Below are positions 1-13,399 of a stretch of DNA of 64,000 nucleotides, piece after piece. The number at the start of each line of letters is the position of its first letter. The first letter of the stretch is position 1. The stretch lies in assembly GCA_011109175.1 (NCBI GenBank), contig RDEW01000003.1, positions 1,933,761 through 1,997,760 on the forward strand, in the 5' to 3' direction. Origin of the DNA: Dicyema japonicum. Its lineage: Eukaryota > Animalia > Dicyemida. The notes beneath the pieces are model-generated. The model was not told the origin of the DNA. It searched no databases and saw only the letters and a program-made list of their open reading frames with translations. A program made the translations under genes and the position numbers.

Positions 1-2349
1 TTTCTACGGCGGATAGTGCCTTTACTTACAAAAATAAAAGCATCTTTTAGGGGAACGTGGTTTAAATGATAAAAGTCTTAATTTTTAATTAAATTGTTTT
101 GAGTACTTTCTTTGTCAATGATTTTTCACATTTGGGCGGCGTCATTCCTTTTTAGTTAACAAGTTAGTTTAAAAAACACTTCTTGGTTTTCCGTAGGCAT
201 ATGAATACTCTTGTGATGTGCTCCACACTATTTTCTACTAGTTTCTTGCATCCACCTGTCTTAGTTTAGCGGCTGACATCACTCTAGTAATGTCTGTCTT
301 ATCGTACTCTCAGTATGTATACTACTCAGTTTTCTATTACTCTATTTTTATAAAAGCACTATCACGAGAGGCACAATATAGCACATTATGTGCAGCAAAG
401 GAGATCATTCTGAATGTCGACCTCTTCCACACACTTCTATTGTTTGTTAAGGCTCTTAATGAGTCTATGCATGGTAACCTTCTCGAATCCGCCATCCAAT
501 CATCACAGTACTAGTTTTTAGTGTTCATTAAATCATAAAAATTAAATCATAAAATTTATTCAGCATGAAGACAAAATATTCATTTCCAGAGTTTTTTTCA
601 TTTCCTTTGTTCCTTTTATTCCATTTCTACTTGAGTGGCGCTATGTGATCCATCGCCCAGTGCCGGAGTGGCGCTAAAAAGATCATTTACTTTCCCCCAC
701 TCCAATGGAAGGGTTCCATAACTGAAAGACAGGACATGCTATTTTATTTCCGCTGGTGTAGGATTCCCTATGTTATGAAGATTTTCTATCTTTTCTTGAC
801 TGTGAAATGAGATCAGGCGATTAAGTCGTTTTAATTATACACTTCGATGATTATGGATGACTTCAGGGAACTCCTCCTATGTTTTGGTGATATGAATCGT
901 ACTGTACCTTCAGACACCTCATTGACTGCATATTTGTTCCTATTCAGTTCATCAAAGAATTTTGTGGAGACAGTCCTTAACTTTTATTCGTGTCTGTACG
1001 TATCTCTGTCACTATCACAGGTATCTATCAATGATCCTGATGACCGCACTAATCAGATAGCATATTTAAAATGTGATTATGATAAGGGATGCAAGAAACC
1101 TTGTCTTCCTCAAAAAGGCTGGCTGTCGGGTGCTTGGTTGAATGCTTATTCATGTGCTAAAATAGGCTACCCACTGGACGTTGATTCACTGAGAATAGCC
1201 GCTTCACTCAATCCTTGCCTCAATGTTTGTACTAAATGAAAAAGTCGCTGTGGTTTAGATCGATCCATGTGGTTTATCATTCATTTGTCGTACAAGTTGA
1301 CCCCGGCATACCACCATTGTCTTTTAAACCCATTGGTGGATCCTAGAGCAATGACAAACGTTACGATGGAATGACCACCTCCTGGCTTGGAAGCTACGTG
1401 TGTTACAAACAATTTGGTTGCTTTTGTGTCGGACCGAGGCTATGCTTCTAAGTATGCCGAGGATCAAAAGAAATAAATTACAAAAGTATTTTCGACGAGC
1501 ATTTGTTTGTCATTTTCGCTGTTGAGACGTCAGGAATCCACAAGAGGATGATTTAGTCTGTCTGATCGGCTCAATGTCCAACGAGTCTAAGTGAGACTTG
1601 ATGCTTCGAGAGCAAAAAGAAATGTCGATTGAAGTAGGGAAGTCGACAGGAAAGGGTACTTGTGTGTTTTCTTGGATTATTGAGAATGATCAGATCGTCA
1701 AAACTGTCGGATATGAAGGCTTCCCGTTGATCCAGTTGTTGGTCAGTATACCATTGAGAACTCTGCGCTTAGGAATCTTTTGAGTTCGGGACGGTAGTCG
1801 TCGGAGCATGACGATAGAGGGGGTATATACATATTAACAACTGTCAATCGGAGAGAGAGTAGGCGAATTCTCAGAGGCCGCCGTGGGTTTAGTTTCGCCT
1901 CTTGGAAAAAGCTATATCCACTGAATGTTTGAAGAGAAAGCGTTGTAGTTGGTAATTTTCGTATGGATACCATTAATGTTAACTTGTGAATTTACGCAGT
2001 AAAAGAGCATCACGGAACTTCAAATGTGGAGTCATTGTATGAACACTAGCAATGATTATAATTAAGCCAAACGTTGGTGTAAGTAACAGAAATTACGCTT
2101 AAGCATCGCTATTATTTTCCGGGACTACTAAGGAAGTCGTCACAACCTTGAAAGCTGGAGTTGTGGTTGTAACATGATAATGAAATTTATGAACAGAATA
2201 ACTAAAATCCCCAATCAATCTAAGAAATCAAAAATTTGACCTCTTCTAACTCGGGGACCTGCATTTATGATTCCTAACCTCGATTTGATATCTAAGGATC
2301 ACTCTACCTTAATTGCCTGTCTAATAGTCGATACGTCTTACAGATACAC

Positions 2350-2760
2350 GCACAACATTATTATTATTGGCGTTTACGCTTTCTCGCAGGTCGTTACGAA
2401 TTCTATACAACACGAAACGACTCTTTACATGCCCCGTAGCCTGTCAAGGTTTTTCCGTCTCTGAGGCGTCTCCCGATTTCTTTAAGGTCTTCGTTAAGAC
2501 AGCTATTAAAGTTGTCTTTGGTTGACCAAGGAAAAGCGGAGCGTCCAGAACAAAGTAGTCTTCCATGGCCATGTTCGCGGGTATCCCCAGGTTCAGACGA
2601 AGTATGTGTCCAAATAACTTCCATCTTGTCTTCAGGAACCCCTCTGACATTGAAAATCAAGAGGAAGAAGTCTAGTCCACGAATTCCGTGTTTTCCAGAC
2701 ATAGTGTTCTCGAGCCACGTCACCAGTTCAACCAAAAACCACAGCATTATTTTATAATAT
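2350..2760 (-). mobile_element. RTE-like LINE, 3' fragment (copy 1 of 6)
   Basis: Encodes RWKLFGHILRLNLGIPANMAMEDYF...GQPKTTL, the same C-terminus as the 22134-23273 ORF; (TAA)n tail near 2355-2370. Confidence 0.72.
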
Positions 2761-2989
2761 TGATTTCATAATCAAAGCAATATCTAAAAAAATACTTGAT
2801 TTTACATTATGATGGTATATGGAGGAAATCGAGAATAGTAGGTCCTTTGGAGATCAAAACTCATATAAACCAACGCTACATGTTATATATTACAAATATT
2901 ATGGAAATTAACGATGGACGCTAAAGTGCCAATTAATTCGACTTCCTGAAGTACTTGTGAGTCACTATTGAAAGAAAAGCATATGAAAG

Positions 2990-3480
2990 ACATGTTATGC
3001 AGGAGAAAGAAATGCTCCGGGCATTAGGAAGAAGCATTCCACTTTGTGTATTTACGAATCCTAATACGTCTATGAATAAGTATCTTTGCCACATCTAAGA
3101 CCGAAAGGTCTCGAGAAATCGAGAAAGGTGGCACTGAAGATCATATGATACATTGGAAACGTGTAAATAACTGTTATGTGAAATGAAAATATTTGGGAAT
3201 CGAGGTTAAAAGAAGAAGCTTAAGTTCTTCGTCTAAAGTTCAACGAAAGTATTCTAAGAAAAAACCATAATGTTATTAAGGCGCTCTCTTCTTCAAGCGA
3301 TCAACACTTACTATCTATAGACACCCACCATATTTTGTTTGTCAACAATTTGCGGTACGTTCTATTACCTACCAAAATGAGACTCTTTTATTGGGAATCA
3401 GACCGAGACAATTCGTCACGACCTGATTGATAAAAAGGAATGCTGTCGACTTTTCTTCAGGTTGGCTAACGACCAAGATT
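2990..3480 (+). mobile_element. Heavily degraded R4/Dong-like RT fragment
   Basis: Remnant motifs KYLGIEV and LLQAINTYY resemble YRYLGVFE and NLFRAINEY of the 43030-46641 element; many stops. Confidence 0.3.
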
Positions 3481-3859
3481 GCCTGCAAGACGGAACATCT
3501 TAGTCATGGATGTCACGTGTAGGGTACACTTACAGACATGAATTTCTTAAGCATGCATCACGTGGGGGCCATCCATCTCCTGGATAAATAATGTGAAGAT
3601 CATAGCTACCAGAAAAGAACGTTTAGAGTTATCAAGTGATTGGACTCCTAGAAAGAAATACTCCCCAACAACTTCTCTGGAATACTTGATTCGTTGGAAC
3701 CGAGAGTCCGGTTCGGGCTCAAAGGAGGAACATGAAGTCACTACTGCAACGTGTAAGTAATGTCAGAGGTTAAGTCCGCCATCTCTACTCTCACAGTACT
3801 CGAATCCGTCAAAAGGTAAAGCCTTCGATACTGTGTGGTACGAAGACATCCTATCCAGA

Positions 3860-4130
3860 CTCATATCAGCAGACATTCCAAAATACCTATTTGTAAGGCT
3901 AAGATTTTCTGAGAGACGGAGGACACGTTTCCAGAGAAATTTCTGGGTGTAACAGTCGATAAGGAAGGTTCATTTCATAAAGATGTCAAGTTGAAGAGGA
4001 AAAAAGAGCTACAGGCGCTTCTCTGCACACGTAAGCTGGCCGTCAGTACTGAGACCTTCTTTTTCATATTCATGAGGATAATCCCACCAAAGTTATTGTA
4101 TGGATATTAGGCATGGTCTTGAAGATCAGC
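3860..4130 (+). mobile_element. Degraded LINE RT C-terminal fragment
   Basis: KFLGVTVDKEGSFHKDV resembles the RT YLGV.iD..L.F..HV motif. Confidence 0.4.
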
Positions 4131-4385
4131 TATAAAGTTAGCATTGGGCAGAAGACTACAAGACGTTTTGAGCATTGAAGAGGAGAGGATTCTTGCCCCG
4201 GTGAAACAGATAGGTGAATAGAGGATTCGTGGATTCCGCACAAGAAAGTATAGAAATTAAGGAGATGGGGGACGAGCGAAGTGTCCAGGCCGTAAGGCGG
4301 ACTGATTAAAAAACCCTATAGCTAACTCCTAATCCAGTTTGTAGTAAAGTTGTTATGTTAAGGAGCTCTCTAAAAGGGTTATAAG

Positions 4386-5276
4386 TAGGGCAACCGAAAG
4401 TCATATAAGTCATATCTTACTTTATTGGTAATATTAATAATTTTTTATAAATATAATTATTATTTAATCTATTTTTATTATATAATTATTAAATATATAT
4501 ATATATTATTTTTTTCGCGTGGAGTTTCTTGTTGTTCTGATGCTCAAATCAAAATTGTCAAACCAGAAAAAAATTACAAAAATCATAAGCAAATACCCGA
4601 TTCAATTTGAAAGGGATTTTAATGGGAATTTATATTGTCTAAAATGTCTTTAAAAATTTTAACGTGGAACAATACCCGCAAAAAATGAAACACAAGTGTT
4701 CAGATTTGAGAAATTTGTCTAAAGTTCAAATAAATTATTTCCACATTCAAAATTTGTTGCCCTCACTTATTTCAAATCAAATTACGAGAATCAAAGATAC
4801 TGTTAGAAGAAATGTATTTTTAAGTGTGGATCAGACCCAAAATTCAATAAAGTATTTTTTTGAAATATTATAGCGGAGGAATGGTTGCCAGAAAAAAAAA
4901 GGGATCAACGAGAAGGGTTCTGGCTGAGACAAAAGATTGGAATGGTCATCTATGAGTGAACTCGTTCGCGATCCACGCAGCAGGCTTCCCCAATTAACAT
5001 TTGTTTCCTTGTCAAATAATTGTCTTTAAAAAATATTACAGTCGGGACTGTTGAAAATACTATGACATATTGATTGTAAAACAATTATCATCTATGAAGA
5101 TGGACGCTAAAGCCTCAATACAATCAGATAAATTAACAAAAAATTTGGCAGATTTGAATTCTGTCTACCATCCGATTATTCTGGAAATAAGGTCATATTT
5201 AATTTTTTAAAGTCTTAAAGTTATATTTTTAAGGTCATATTTCAATCATTTTTAGGTCTTATTTGTGGTTGCCCTA
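4386..5276. mobile_element. Non-autonomous hAT-like element (MITE family A)
   Basis: Ends TAGGGCAACC...GGTTGCCCTA; flanked by TTATAAG(T) on both sides (7-8 bp TSD); same termini as 26480-27540. Confidence 0.75.
4871..5030 (+). mobile_element. 5'-truncated CRE retroelement 3' end inserted in MITE A
   Basis: Encodes REGFWLRQKIGMVI, the CRE endonuclease C-terminus; close to 46750-46880; bounded by AAATATTA at 4863-4870 and 5031-5038. Confidence 0.75.
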
Positions 5277-5479
5277 TTATAAGTCAATTTATATGCTGGG
5301 GTCGGCATATTCTTACAGATGACTACACCTGAGTTTAGTATCATTAATGCTGATTAATATGTCAATTTCCGAACAAATCAAGCAAATTAATCCAAAAATT
5401 AATGATATCATTCTATCTCCTCAAAAAACCAAATGAAAGAAAGTAATCTTTCAATATAACTGGTTATGTTGCTGTCGTT

Positions 5480-5610
5480 GAGAGGTTGGAGGGAGAGATG
5501 CCATCGACACAGGTGGCGTCCAGGCAGGTTTTACACTTCCCATTGGAGGAGAGTGGTTCGTCAGGTCTTTGGATGGCTTTAGCAAGTCCAAGCGGCTTCA
5601 ATTGGACAGG
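5480..5610 (-). mobile_element. CRE fragment (endonuclease region)
   Basis: Near match to 14750-14880, which encodes DGTTIFPWASGKYLSWDATC. Confidence 0.6.
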
Positions 5611-5859
5611 AATATATAATTTAAGAGTTTGATGGAAAATTTACTTTAAATAAAGTACTAGTTGGGTTAGTGTCTTCCAAAATGTTAGGAAAATATTTAA
5701 AGGATTAAATAAAGTCATTTTAGAACTTTATTAATTTAATTGACTCAAAATCAAATATAAGGATTGGTCCTGAAAGTATCCACGCCTTGATCGTTGGAAA
5801 AAGTCCTGATTTGTCGGTTTACACAATTTCTTAATTTTTAAATGAACGATTTATTAACA

Positions 5860-8410
5860 AAAAAAATTTAGATAATCAATCCTAGGATTGCGCATGTGTT
5901 TCCACGTGATACGACAATCTCGATTCGTAGTCTAAGCCAGAACGATTCGCGGGGTTCTTTTTTTTGGTTCGCTAGTTTCTCCTATTTCTTTCAGAAAGGC
6001 TGCAGTGAGGAATTTTACAGCTCCCGACGTTTCTATAGCCACTGGTGTAAATCATTATCGGTCTTTAATGGCCGAGTACTTTTTGATTTTGGCTAAATCT
6101 GCTGCGTTGGCCGCACAACCCGGTTTATGAGCAGATCTTAGAAGGAACGAAGTGGAGAAGGTATCCACACAGGTTACATCCTAGACCAATGATTTTCCAT
6201 GTGAATATGGGAAAAGACTCGTTCCGTCTGGCCGCTTGCTATCTCTACAATCCAGTCCGACAGGCTCCTGTTGAGCTGGGAAGCCTGCTGCCTCGAGGGT
6301 TCGCAGAATAACATTATTCAATGCGGCATGATGAGGTGAGCGACTTTTACTCATTTTCCATGACAATGGATGTATTCCTTTGGTGTCAACTGTTCCTCCA
6401 CAACGGCATCTGTGTATCTGGCAGACGTCAAGTACCAATCTTTCTGCTATTCAGATTCTTACACAGTCGTCGAGTTCCGTTTGTTCTGATTTGAGGCATC
6501 TTCTTGGATTGGAAATCCTGCTTCCCTCCACTGTAAACAAGCTACGTCAAATTCTGTGTCCAAGGAAAGTCCAGTAGGGTGACGTAGGATTTCTCGGATG
6601 AGATGACTGCAGCTCGAAAGATGCAGGATGGGCGATCTCTAAAGCCGATCTTATGCCAACTCCTCCTAGGCTTGAAAGAAGTTTGCATTGTGTCCAACCC
6701 AGTTTGTCAAAACGTAAATTCAGTGGTGACTCGACTGTGCCTTAGCGTTTAATCCAGGCTCAGTGGCAAATCCCGATATCAGAAGTACGGAGAACTCTGG
6801 AGAGCGTATTGCAGTTTCGGCAAACATAAGCTTCTCTTCTTGAGGAAAAAAAATGTACGGGAGTCCCGAATAGCAAGTCTTTTCGTAAATAAGGAAAGCT
6901 CTTCCGCATTAGACTGAAGGTGTTTCAGTAATTCTGCATTGTCGAGTGGGCATCCAAAAAAAATAGACTTGCTAACGGAGGACGACGAATATGCCCGGTA
7001 ATAAACTGTTAAATATCCTGCCACACCGAGAAAATCGTTTTCCAGGTATGAAGTATATATGAATTCCGATTTTTTATGTTGACCTCCAGGCCGAGATCAT
7101 GTGAGACAGATACCATGTTCGATAGACTGGTATAAACATTTCTCCATCCCTCCAATTGTTCCGTTATCGAGATACCAGAGGTTGAATTCCGCATCGACGG
7201 AACGAACGACTTGATCGATCGTTAATGCAAAAAGGTGTGGCTGTACTCCGGACTGTGACTTGATGATCTCATTCCCGAAAATTAGAGAGGAATTTGATTC
7301 GTATGAAGGATTGACAATGGGAATGAGCTCAGATGCTTGCTTTCTGCACACTTCAATGATACGATTTCTCCTTAACGAATTGAATCCATTAGTGATGTCT
7401 AGCCTTAATCCCAGAAACGGATTATTTTGGTTTTCTTGTGAGAAAAAACACCTCGTTGCGTGCACTGAGGCTTCGCATTTATTACGTACTCCTACACTTA
7501 GTTGGATTGGTGATAATTCCACACTGATCCTTGGCGAGACAAGCCTGGAAGAAATTTTCGCAGCCAATCTTTTGAAATAGTTGTCAACTGCAATGGGACG
7601 GACGCCTCCATCACTCTTTTTGAATGCCAGTAGGTAAAAAGAGAAGAGAAGGCCCCGTGCATGTGATGGAATATCCCCATTGATTTTACGGTAGGTAAGT
7701 TTAATGATCAACTCGATGAGATTATGTCCAGCCTCAGCTGTAGGACCAGACCTCAGATCCTTGATATGGCCCGGACGCAGTCCATCCAGTCCTCCGCTGC
7801 TATTGGCAGCAAACGATGCAATCCCGAGTCCCACATCTCTCAAGAGCACTCGGGGACGGGGAAAGTACTGTATCATCTGATTTCAGCACTTAAGTACTGT
7901 ATCATCTGAAGCAACAACCCATGCAGCTGCTCGGACATCTCCTTTGAGAAGTTTTCGATTAACCCTCTCATTGGGTTTGTCAGGAATGGGTGGTGGTTTT
8001 GCTGAGGGTTTACATATTTGCGGAGCCTGAATGCTGGTGAAGTTGTGTTTGTCATGGCCACTCAAAAAATGGAGGATTGGCATCCGTGTGTCTAGGTTTC
8101 AGCGCTTCAGTCTTGGTGAGAGAATTGTTATAAAAAAACCTGGATGTTATTTTTCATTTTCGAGGAAAAAGAGTTCCCACGTGTCGCACTTTCTCTTATG
8201 TTCCGGTGTTGTACCTTTCATTCGATTGTGCGAGCGGTGCGAAACCGATGAGTTTGAGACAGGCTTCTTGGTCGTTGGAAGTGAGCATGTGGAATCCAGA
8301 TCAGGATCTTGAGTGGAATCTTCTTGGCTTTCCTTTGCTCCGACAAGAAGAGCAAGAGGGAGTCCGTATCGAGACGATTACAGAGTACGACCATTAACGT
8401 CACACATGAT
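5860..8410 (-). mobile_element. Near full-length degenerate CRE-clade non-LTR retrotransposon (RT plus restriction-like endonuclease)
   Basis: GDVRAAAW..S; RT motifs GGVRPIAVDNYFKRL, LDITNGFNSLRR, WYLDNGTIGG; C-terminal CRCG...HHAALNN, QEPVGL..RPDGTSLFPYSHGKSLVW, P.A.ETSG, FWLRLRIEI...RGNTCAIL; frameshifts and stops. Confidence 0.9.
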
Positions 8411-10059
8411 AATTTTAATCGACATCAAACAGAAATTTTGATTTTCGAAAGTTATCAGCATACAAACTTGATCTATAAAAAACACATAAATTCTAAGATT
8501 AGTTTAAAAATGGGTTGGAACACAGCCTCCAAGAGTTTACTATATGCCGAAACACACAATGTTTTGAATAAATTCAATATTTTATCATTTCATCGACCAA
8601 AATGAGATGTAATTGAACTGGAATAGCTATTTTGGTTATTCACTCAACGAAGTTTGATCAGTTTGTGGAACTCAATTTTGATAAATCAAAAATTGGTTGC
8701 TAGAGCAAATGTTAATATACCCACGACTCGGAGCTTCAGAGCTTGACTTCTAATAACGACTTTACAACTATCATCGTGTGAGTAATTCATGGCGAATATG
8801 TCGATTCCATTTGTAGAGATGGGCCTTTATTATCAAAAAAGGAACAGTTCAGACAAAATTACCTTATCACATGTATTGCTACCACCTTGAGAAGATTTTG
8901 TCCAACTCTACTATTGTCCTCATGCTCTGTAGGCTACACGAGAAGACTCTCATGAAAAAGTAGTTTATATGCCAGTTTGACGAGTTTTCAGTTTTACAGA
9001 AATAACTAAGTCGAAATTTAATTGTTATTTAAATTTAAAATATTCTGACTGACTGGCCATTGAAGAAACATCTCTCCTGTTCTTATATCCAATGGGATGT
9101 CCTTACAATACCGGATGGGCTGTTACACAAGTTGGTTAAGTAGAGATAGGACGAACTGAAAGATTCCTGTGAATTCGAATTGATTGTTTTACTTAATATA
9201 TTTATTTCGTCATATTCATCACTCAGGACTATCAATAATATATTTTTCCTGAGACGTATATAGATGAGAGAGGACAGAATACGATTTCTCTTAAAGAATA
9301 TTATATTTGAGGAGTCTCTGGGTTCAATTCCTACACCAATACCTGCTTGGTTGAAGGATTTCCTCTTTGTTCTTTTCCTTTATTCTTAGAAGAGTAATTG
9401 TATCCACCTAACTCGGAGACCCCAATTCTTAGCCAGCATCCAAAATGGGTCCTTCTCTTCCTTATTAGAGTGTAGGGGTACCATAATGACGGATAGATTC
9501 TATGGAGGGAGTGTTCGTCAACTTTGACTGAGGGAACAGGGTGAAACCTTTTTTGGGTATTTCCGGGTTATTTTAAAAATAATTTTATGGCGTGACAATG
9601 ACGGAAATCCAAATAATGGGAAGTATCCATCTCACGACAAATTCCTGCCTTTTGCTTGTCAAAACTAATCGCCAAAGCAATTGAGAATGACGCTTGGAAT
9701 TTATGGATTTGTCTTCTATGCTTTGCACCACTTGTACTCGGAACTTACCCAACGGAACTGTAAGTAGCTAATCTCAGGTCATCCATCAAGAGGAATGCCT
9801 AGAGATACGAAAGTTTAACCTCAAGAGTTTAGTCAATTGATGAAGAGTCATTATCATTATCCGGGGGAGGAATCGTAAGCGAAATCTATGTTCAGTGGGG
9901 TGATGCACAATTACCTGCAACGACAAGATGGTTGCTCCAACAAGAGACGCCCTCGAACAGATCATAGAAAAGCACCAACCAGCTCTATTGGATCTACGTA
10001 AGACACAAATCGGAATGAGTACTCCACATCTGTCAATCACTGAATGATATATGGTCGGC

Positions 10060-11330
10060 TGTATTATTTTTTCGGACTATGTCCGATCCACATAAGGACC
10101 TGTAACCGAAATGGAAAACACCCAATGAATTCAATAAAAGCTCTAGTGGACGGTTCCCATTCAAAATGGCCTCTTTCAAAATGGCCTCTTTCAAAATGGC
10201 CTCCATTCAAAATGGTCTCTATTCAAAACGTCCTTCATTCAAAATGGCTCCAATTAAATTTCTCAGGTTTTGAATAAGTTCATCAATAGACATCACGAGA
10301 TATTTTACTAAGGTCCTCGACATTTTTAGGTAAAAAAGTCATCTTTTTAAATCTTATAAAAATTGATTTTAACAGGTCCTATGGGTAAGTGGAACAATTT
10401 ACCAAGGTCCTCGACATCTTTAGGTAAAAAGTCATCTTTTTAAATCTTATAAAAATTGATTTTAACAGGTCCTATGGGTAAGTGGAACAATTTACCAAGG
10501 TCCTCGACATTTTTAGGTAAAAAGTCATCTTTTTTAAATCTTATAAAAATTGATTTTAACAGGTCCTATGGGTAAGTGGAACAATTTGCCAAGGTCCTTT
10601 AAAAAAGATGACCTTTTTACCTAAAGATGTCGTTTCGCTAAAATCTCGTGATGTTTATTGATGAACTTATCCAAAACCTGAAAAAATTAATTGGAGGCCA
10701 TTTTGAATCGACACGCTAGTGGACAATATCTTACGGGGAGAGATTTCTGACTTAGCACATGAACTCTTGTTTGTTTCCAGGCTGATTGCTTTCAGAAGCC
10801 TGTGGAGGGATAAGAGCCATCGATATTGGGAATGTACTGAGGAGCATGACAGTTAAAATCGGTTACAACCAAAGCAGACTGTAAATTCATAAACACCGAA
10901 CTGAATCCAACTTAAGTTGGTGTTGGATTCCTCGTGGACAAGAGGCGGCAATACATTCTGCCCGTAATTTCATGACGAGTGCATTGGATTTTCAGAATAT
11001 GATGATTAATTTGGATCTCCGCAATATTGAAGCGAAATTGACTGAAATCCATGACATGACAGCAATAAGGTGATCCACTCGAACCGTTGCTTATTACCAT
11101 CGATCCCGTTGTCTTGTCAATTATTGCTCCATAAATGTCTGGTACCTCGATATTGGAGCCACGTTTGAAGGAGATTGGAAAACGGTAGCGACAGGGGTAA
11201 AGTCCACCATCTCTGCTCACTTACGCCTCGGGCTAGAGCCAAAGTCTTCCAAATGCGAAAGTATCAACGTGGATTGCACTGACGAAGAATTCTTTTAAGC
11301 TCTCTATACAATTTCGTCCTTCTTCCTGGG
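10060..11330 (+). mobile_element. CRE RT fragment split by a foldback insertion
   Basis: Removing 10152-10724 gives KALVDNILRGEISDLAHELLFVSRLIAFR, then GGIRAIDIGNVL, collinear with the 7097-7876 RT. Confidence 0.75.
10152..10715. mobile_element. MULE-like foldback element with internal tandem repeats
   Basis: 9-bp TSD CTAGTGGAC (10143-10151, 10716-10724); about 110-bp inverted arms; about six 15-bp CAAAATGGCCTCTTT-type units at left; three about 93-bp tandem units in the centre. Confidence 0.75.
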
Positions 11331-11479
11331 GATATCACTCAGATCCCCTCTATAGAAAAGTGCCATTTTATAAATCGTATAAATTGAAATGTATGCTCTA
11401 AAATTCATTATGAAAATGCATTATACGGACATTTGCCCACTTCAGGAAACATAAATGTCACTCCCGAACACCACCCTGC

Positions 11480-12300
11480 TTTCCTGCGTTGTAACATTAT
11501 CCGGTGTGATCGCCCGTCTGGCTGCGGTGGTGAGTCATTATTCTAGTCAAAAAGGAAATCCCCCACTCTAATTCGAAATATGACAACCTTCTCCCGTTGA
11601 GTACATCGTCATCCCAGTTTCAACAATCGTCGGTAGCATCACCCTAATAACATCTCCCCACTAACCAATTGGACGATGCATTACAATATCAGAAGTAACC
11701 ACAACACAATACTTATCTCGCTTAAAGGAAGAGTTTCCTCTGAAAGGAAACCCATATTATCAACTGAATACAAAAATCTGACTGGAGAAAGTTTGTTGAC
11801 TTGGCCGACTACTGTTTATATGGTTTCTACCCGGCTACTTCAATTCCCTTGATAACACACTATTTCATAGTGAGAGAGGGAATGAGGATATACGTTAAAT
11901 GAATACCAATCCACTTTACGAAGAAACATGACCATACAACTGACTCAGTTATCATGAAATTACTTAAAAAGTCTCCAGAATTAATCTTTGAAACCAGGAA
12001 GAGAATTCGTGTTTTGGAGAAGGAGATCAGAAAAACGTCAAGAAGCAGGAGAGTATGTAATAACCTCATGTCTAGTCTGACAAGCAGATATTTCAGACAA
12101 ATTAAAAATTTAGATTGCAAACTTCATTAACGGACAGAGAGGAAGGGTAGTTGTATTTTCAACGAAATCTGTCACTAGTTTGTTCCAAACGGAGTCTCAC
12201 TGGAATCCTCTCTATCATCCAATTTGTTCATTCTCTTTCTGAGCGATGTCCCCTCCCATCGCCGTCCAAGGGAAGTCTTCAGGATGATTGAAACGTGACC
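11480..12300 (+). mobile_element. Degraded Jockey/I-like LINE fragment
   Basis: APE-like RCDRPSGCGG and RT remnant NGVS...LSSNLFILFLSDVP; resembles the 14057-14281 and 62409-62831 family. Confidence 0.5.
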
Positions 12301-12479
12301 AACTTTCATCATTAGGAACACTTAATTGATTATTGTCTTATATTTTTTTACCAACTACTATTTTCTTACTTTTTTATCTATCATGACCATGAGTTTCCTT
12401 ATAATTTTTATTTTATTTTAGTTAATTTAAAAAATTAAATTAATAATTTAAATTCGGCGGTAAAGTTGATAAATATTTA

Positions 12480-12870
12480 ATGAGCCAGGAAAGAGACAGT
12501 CAGAAATAGTAATCTACTAAATAATAATAGTAATTCTTCTAATATTTTAAACAACTCACTTCAGGAGATAATCTCTGATTTGAATAGAAAGAGAGACGAG
12601 GATCTATTTATTCTAAACAAATTCAAGGAAGAAATGGAGAAACTAGTAATAAATTTTTATTATTGTAAGGTAATGACCACATTTCAGTCCATCCAAGAGA
12701 ACTTGTACAATGCTTATGAACAGGAAGGAAAGATCATTGAGGATAATATTGACGTTATACTATCACCTAATTACTAGAAAATCAGAGAATCAATTCAAAA
12801 GATATCACATGAAGAGGTTAAGATAAGCAAATTCAAATCAGCCTTACAATTATATGGATCTAGTTTATAG
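12480..12870 (+). CDS. SYCE2: Synaptonemal complex central element protein 2-like, 106 aa, 4 exons
   Basis: Introns 12509-12530 (22 nt), 12646-12669 (24), 12754-12777 (24) give MSQERDSQKYNSSNILNNSLQEIISDLNRKRDEDLFILNKFKEEMEKLVMTTFQSIQENLYNAYEQEGKIIEDNIDKIRESIQKISHEEVKISKFKSALQLYGSSL. The pattern QE.I..lN..R..D....F...YxxYxxxxKII...KISHxE matches the SYCE2 core as I recall it. Confidence 0.78.
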
Positions 12871-13399
12871 TTTTAATAGTTTGTTGCTACTTTATTTTAT
12901 TGGGTGTTAAGTGAACTAAAAGAAGGAGGTCGAATCCATACTGCTTTTCTCATTAGGGGGTTTAAGGATTTTATAGAGGAGGTAGTTTGGTAGGTTGATT
13001 GTACTCAGGAGATTTCGTCATCATTTTGACGGAACTGCTTCAAAATGATGCACTCGGGCCCGATGACTATGCTGGCGGTTTCTTGAATAATTTGTGTAAG
13101 GAAAAGCGGAGAAATATGAGTATTCCGTTTTGTGTTGAATAAGCATGTTATTGAGAATGTTGGTTACTGCTGTAATGTAGTTACTATGTGGTAGAGTTGA
13201 GGATGGTTTTGCTTGAAGTACTTCGACCCAGGTTTTTGCACGAGGCTGGTGGGATGCTTTAAAGTATCTTTCTCCGGCAATGAAGACAATATCGTGGGAG
13301 TATGAGATCGGTAGACTGAAGTTTTAGGCTGAAGAAATCGAACGAAAATGTAGAACATTCTAGAACACCATTGAATTATTATCCCAGGATCACTGGGTA

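Noticed and set aside
290-2200. ORFs 290-514, 847-1239, 1598-1783 and 1743-1973 as genes
   Set aside because: No recognisable domain or consistent mini-intron structure; probably old TE debris.
8600-9070. Possible hAT transposase C-terminus
   Set aside because: Only a vague SSC..R resemblance; not supportable without a search.
10152-10600. 15-bp and 93-bp repeats resembling a CRISPR array
   Set aside because: Head-to-tail units without unique spacers, inside a TSD-bounded eukaryotic element; no cas genes.
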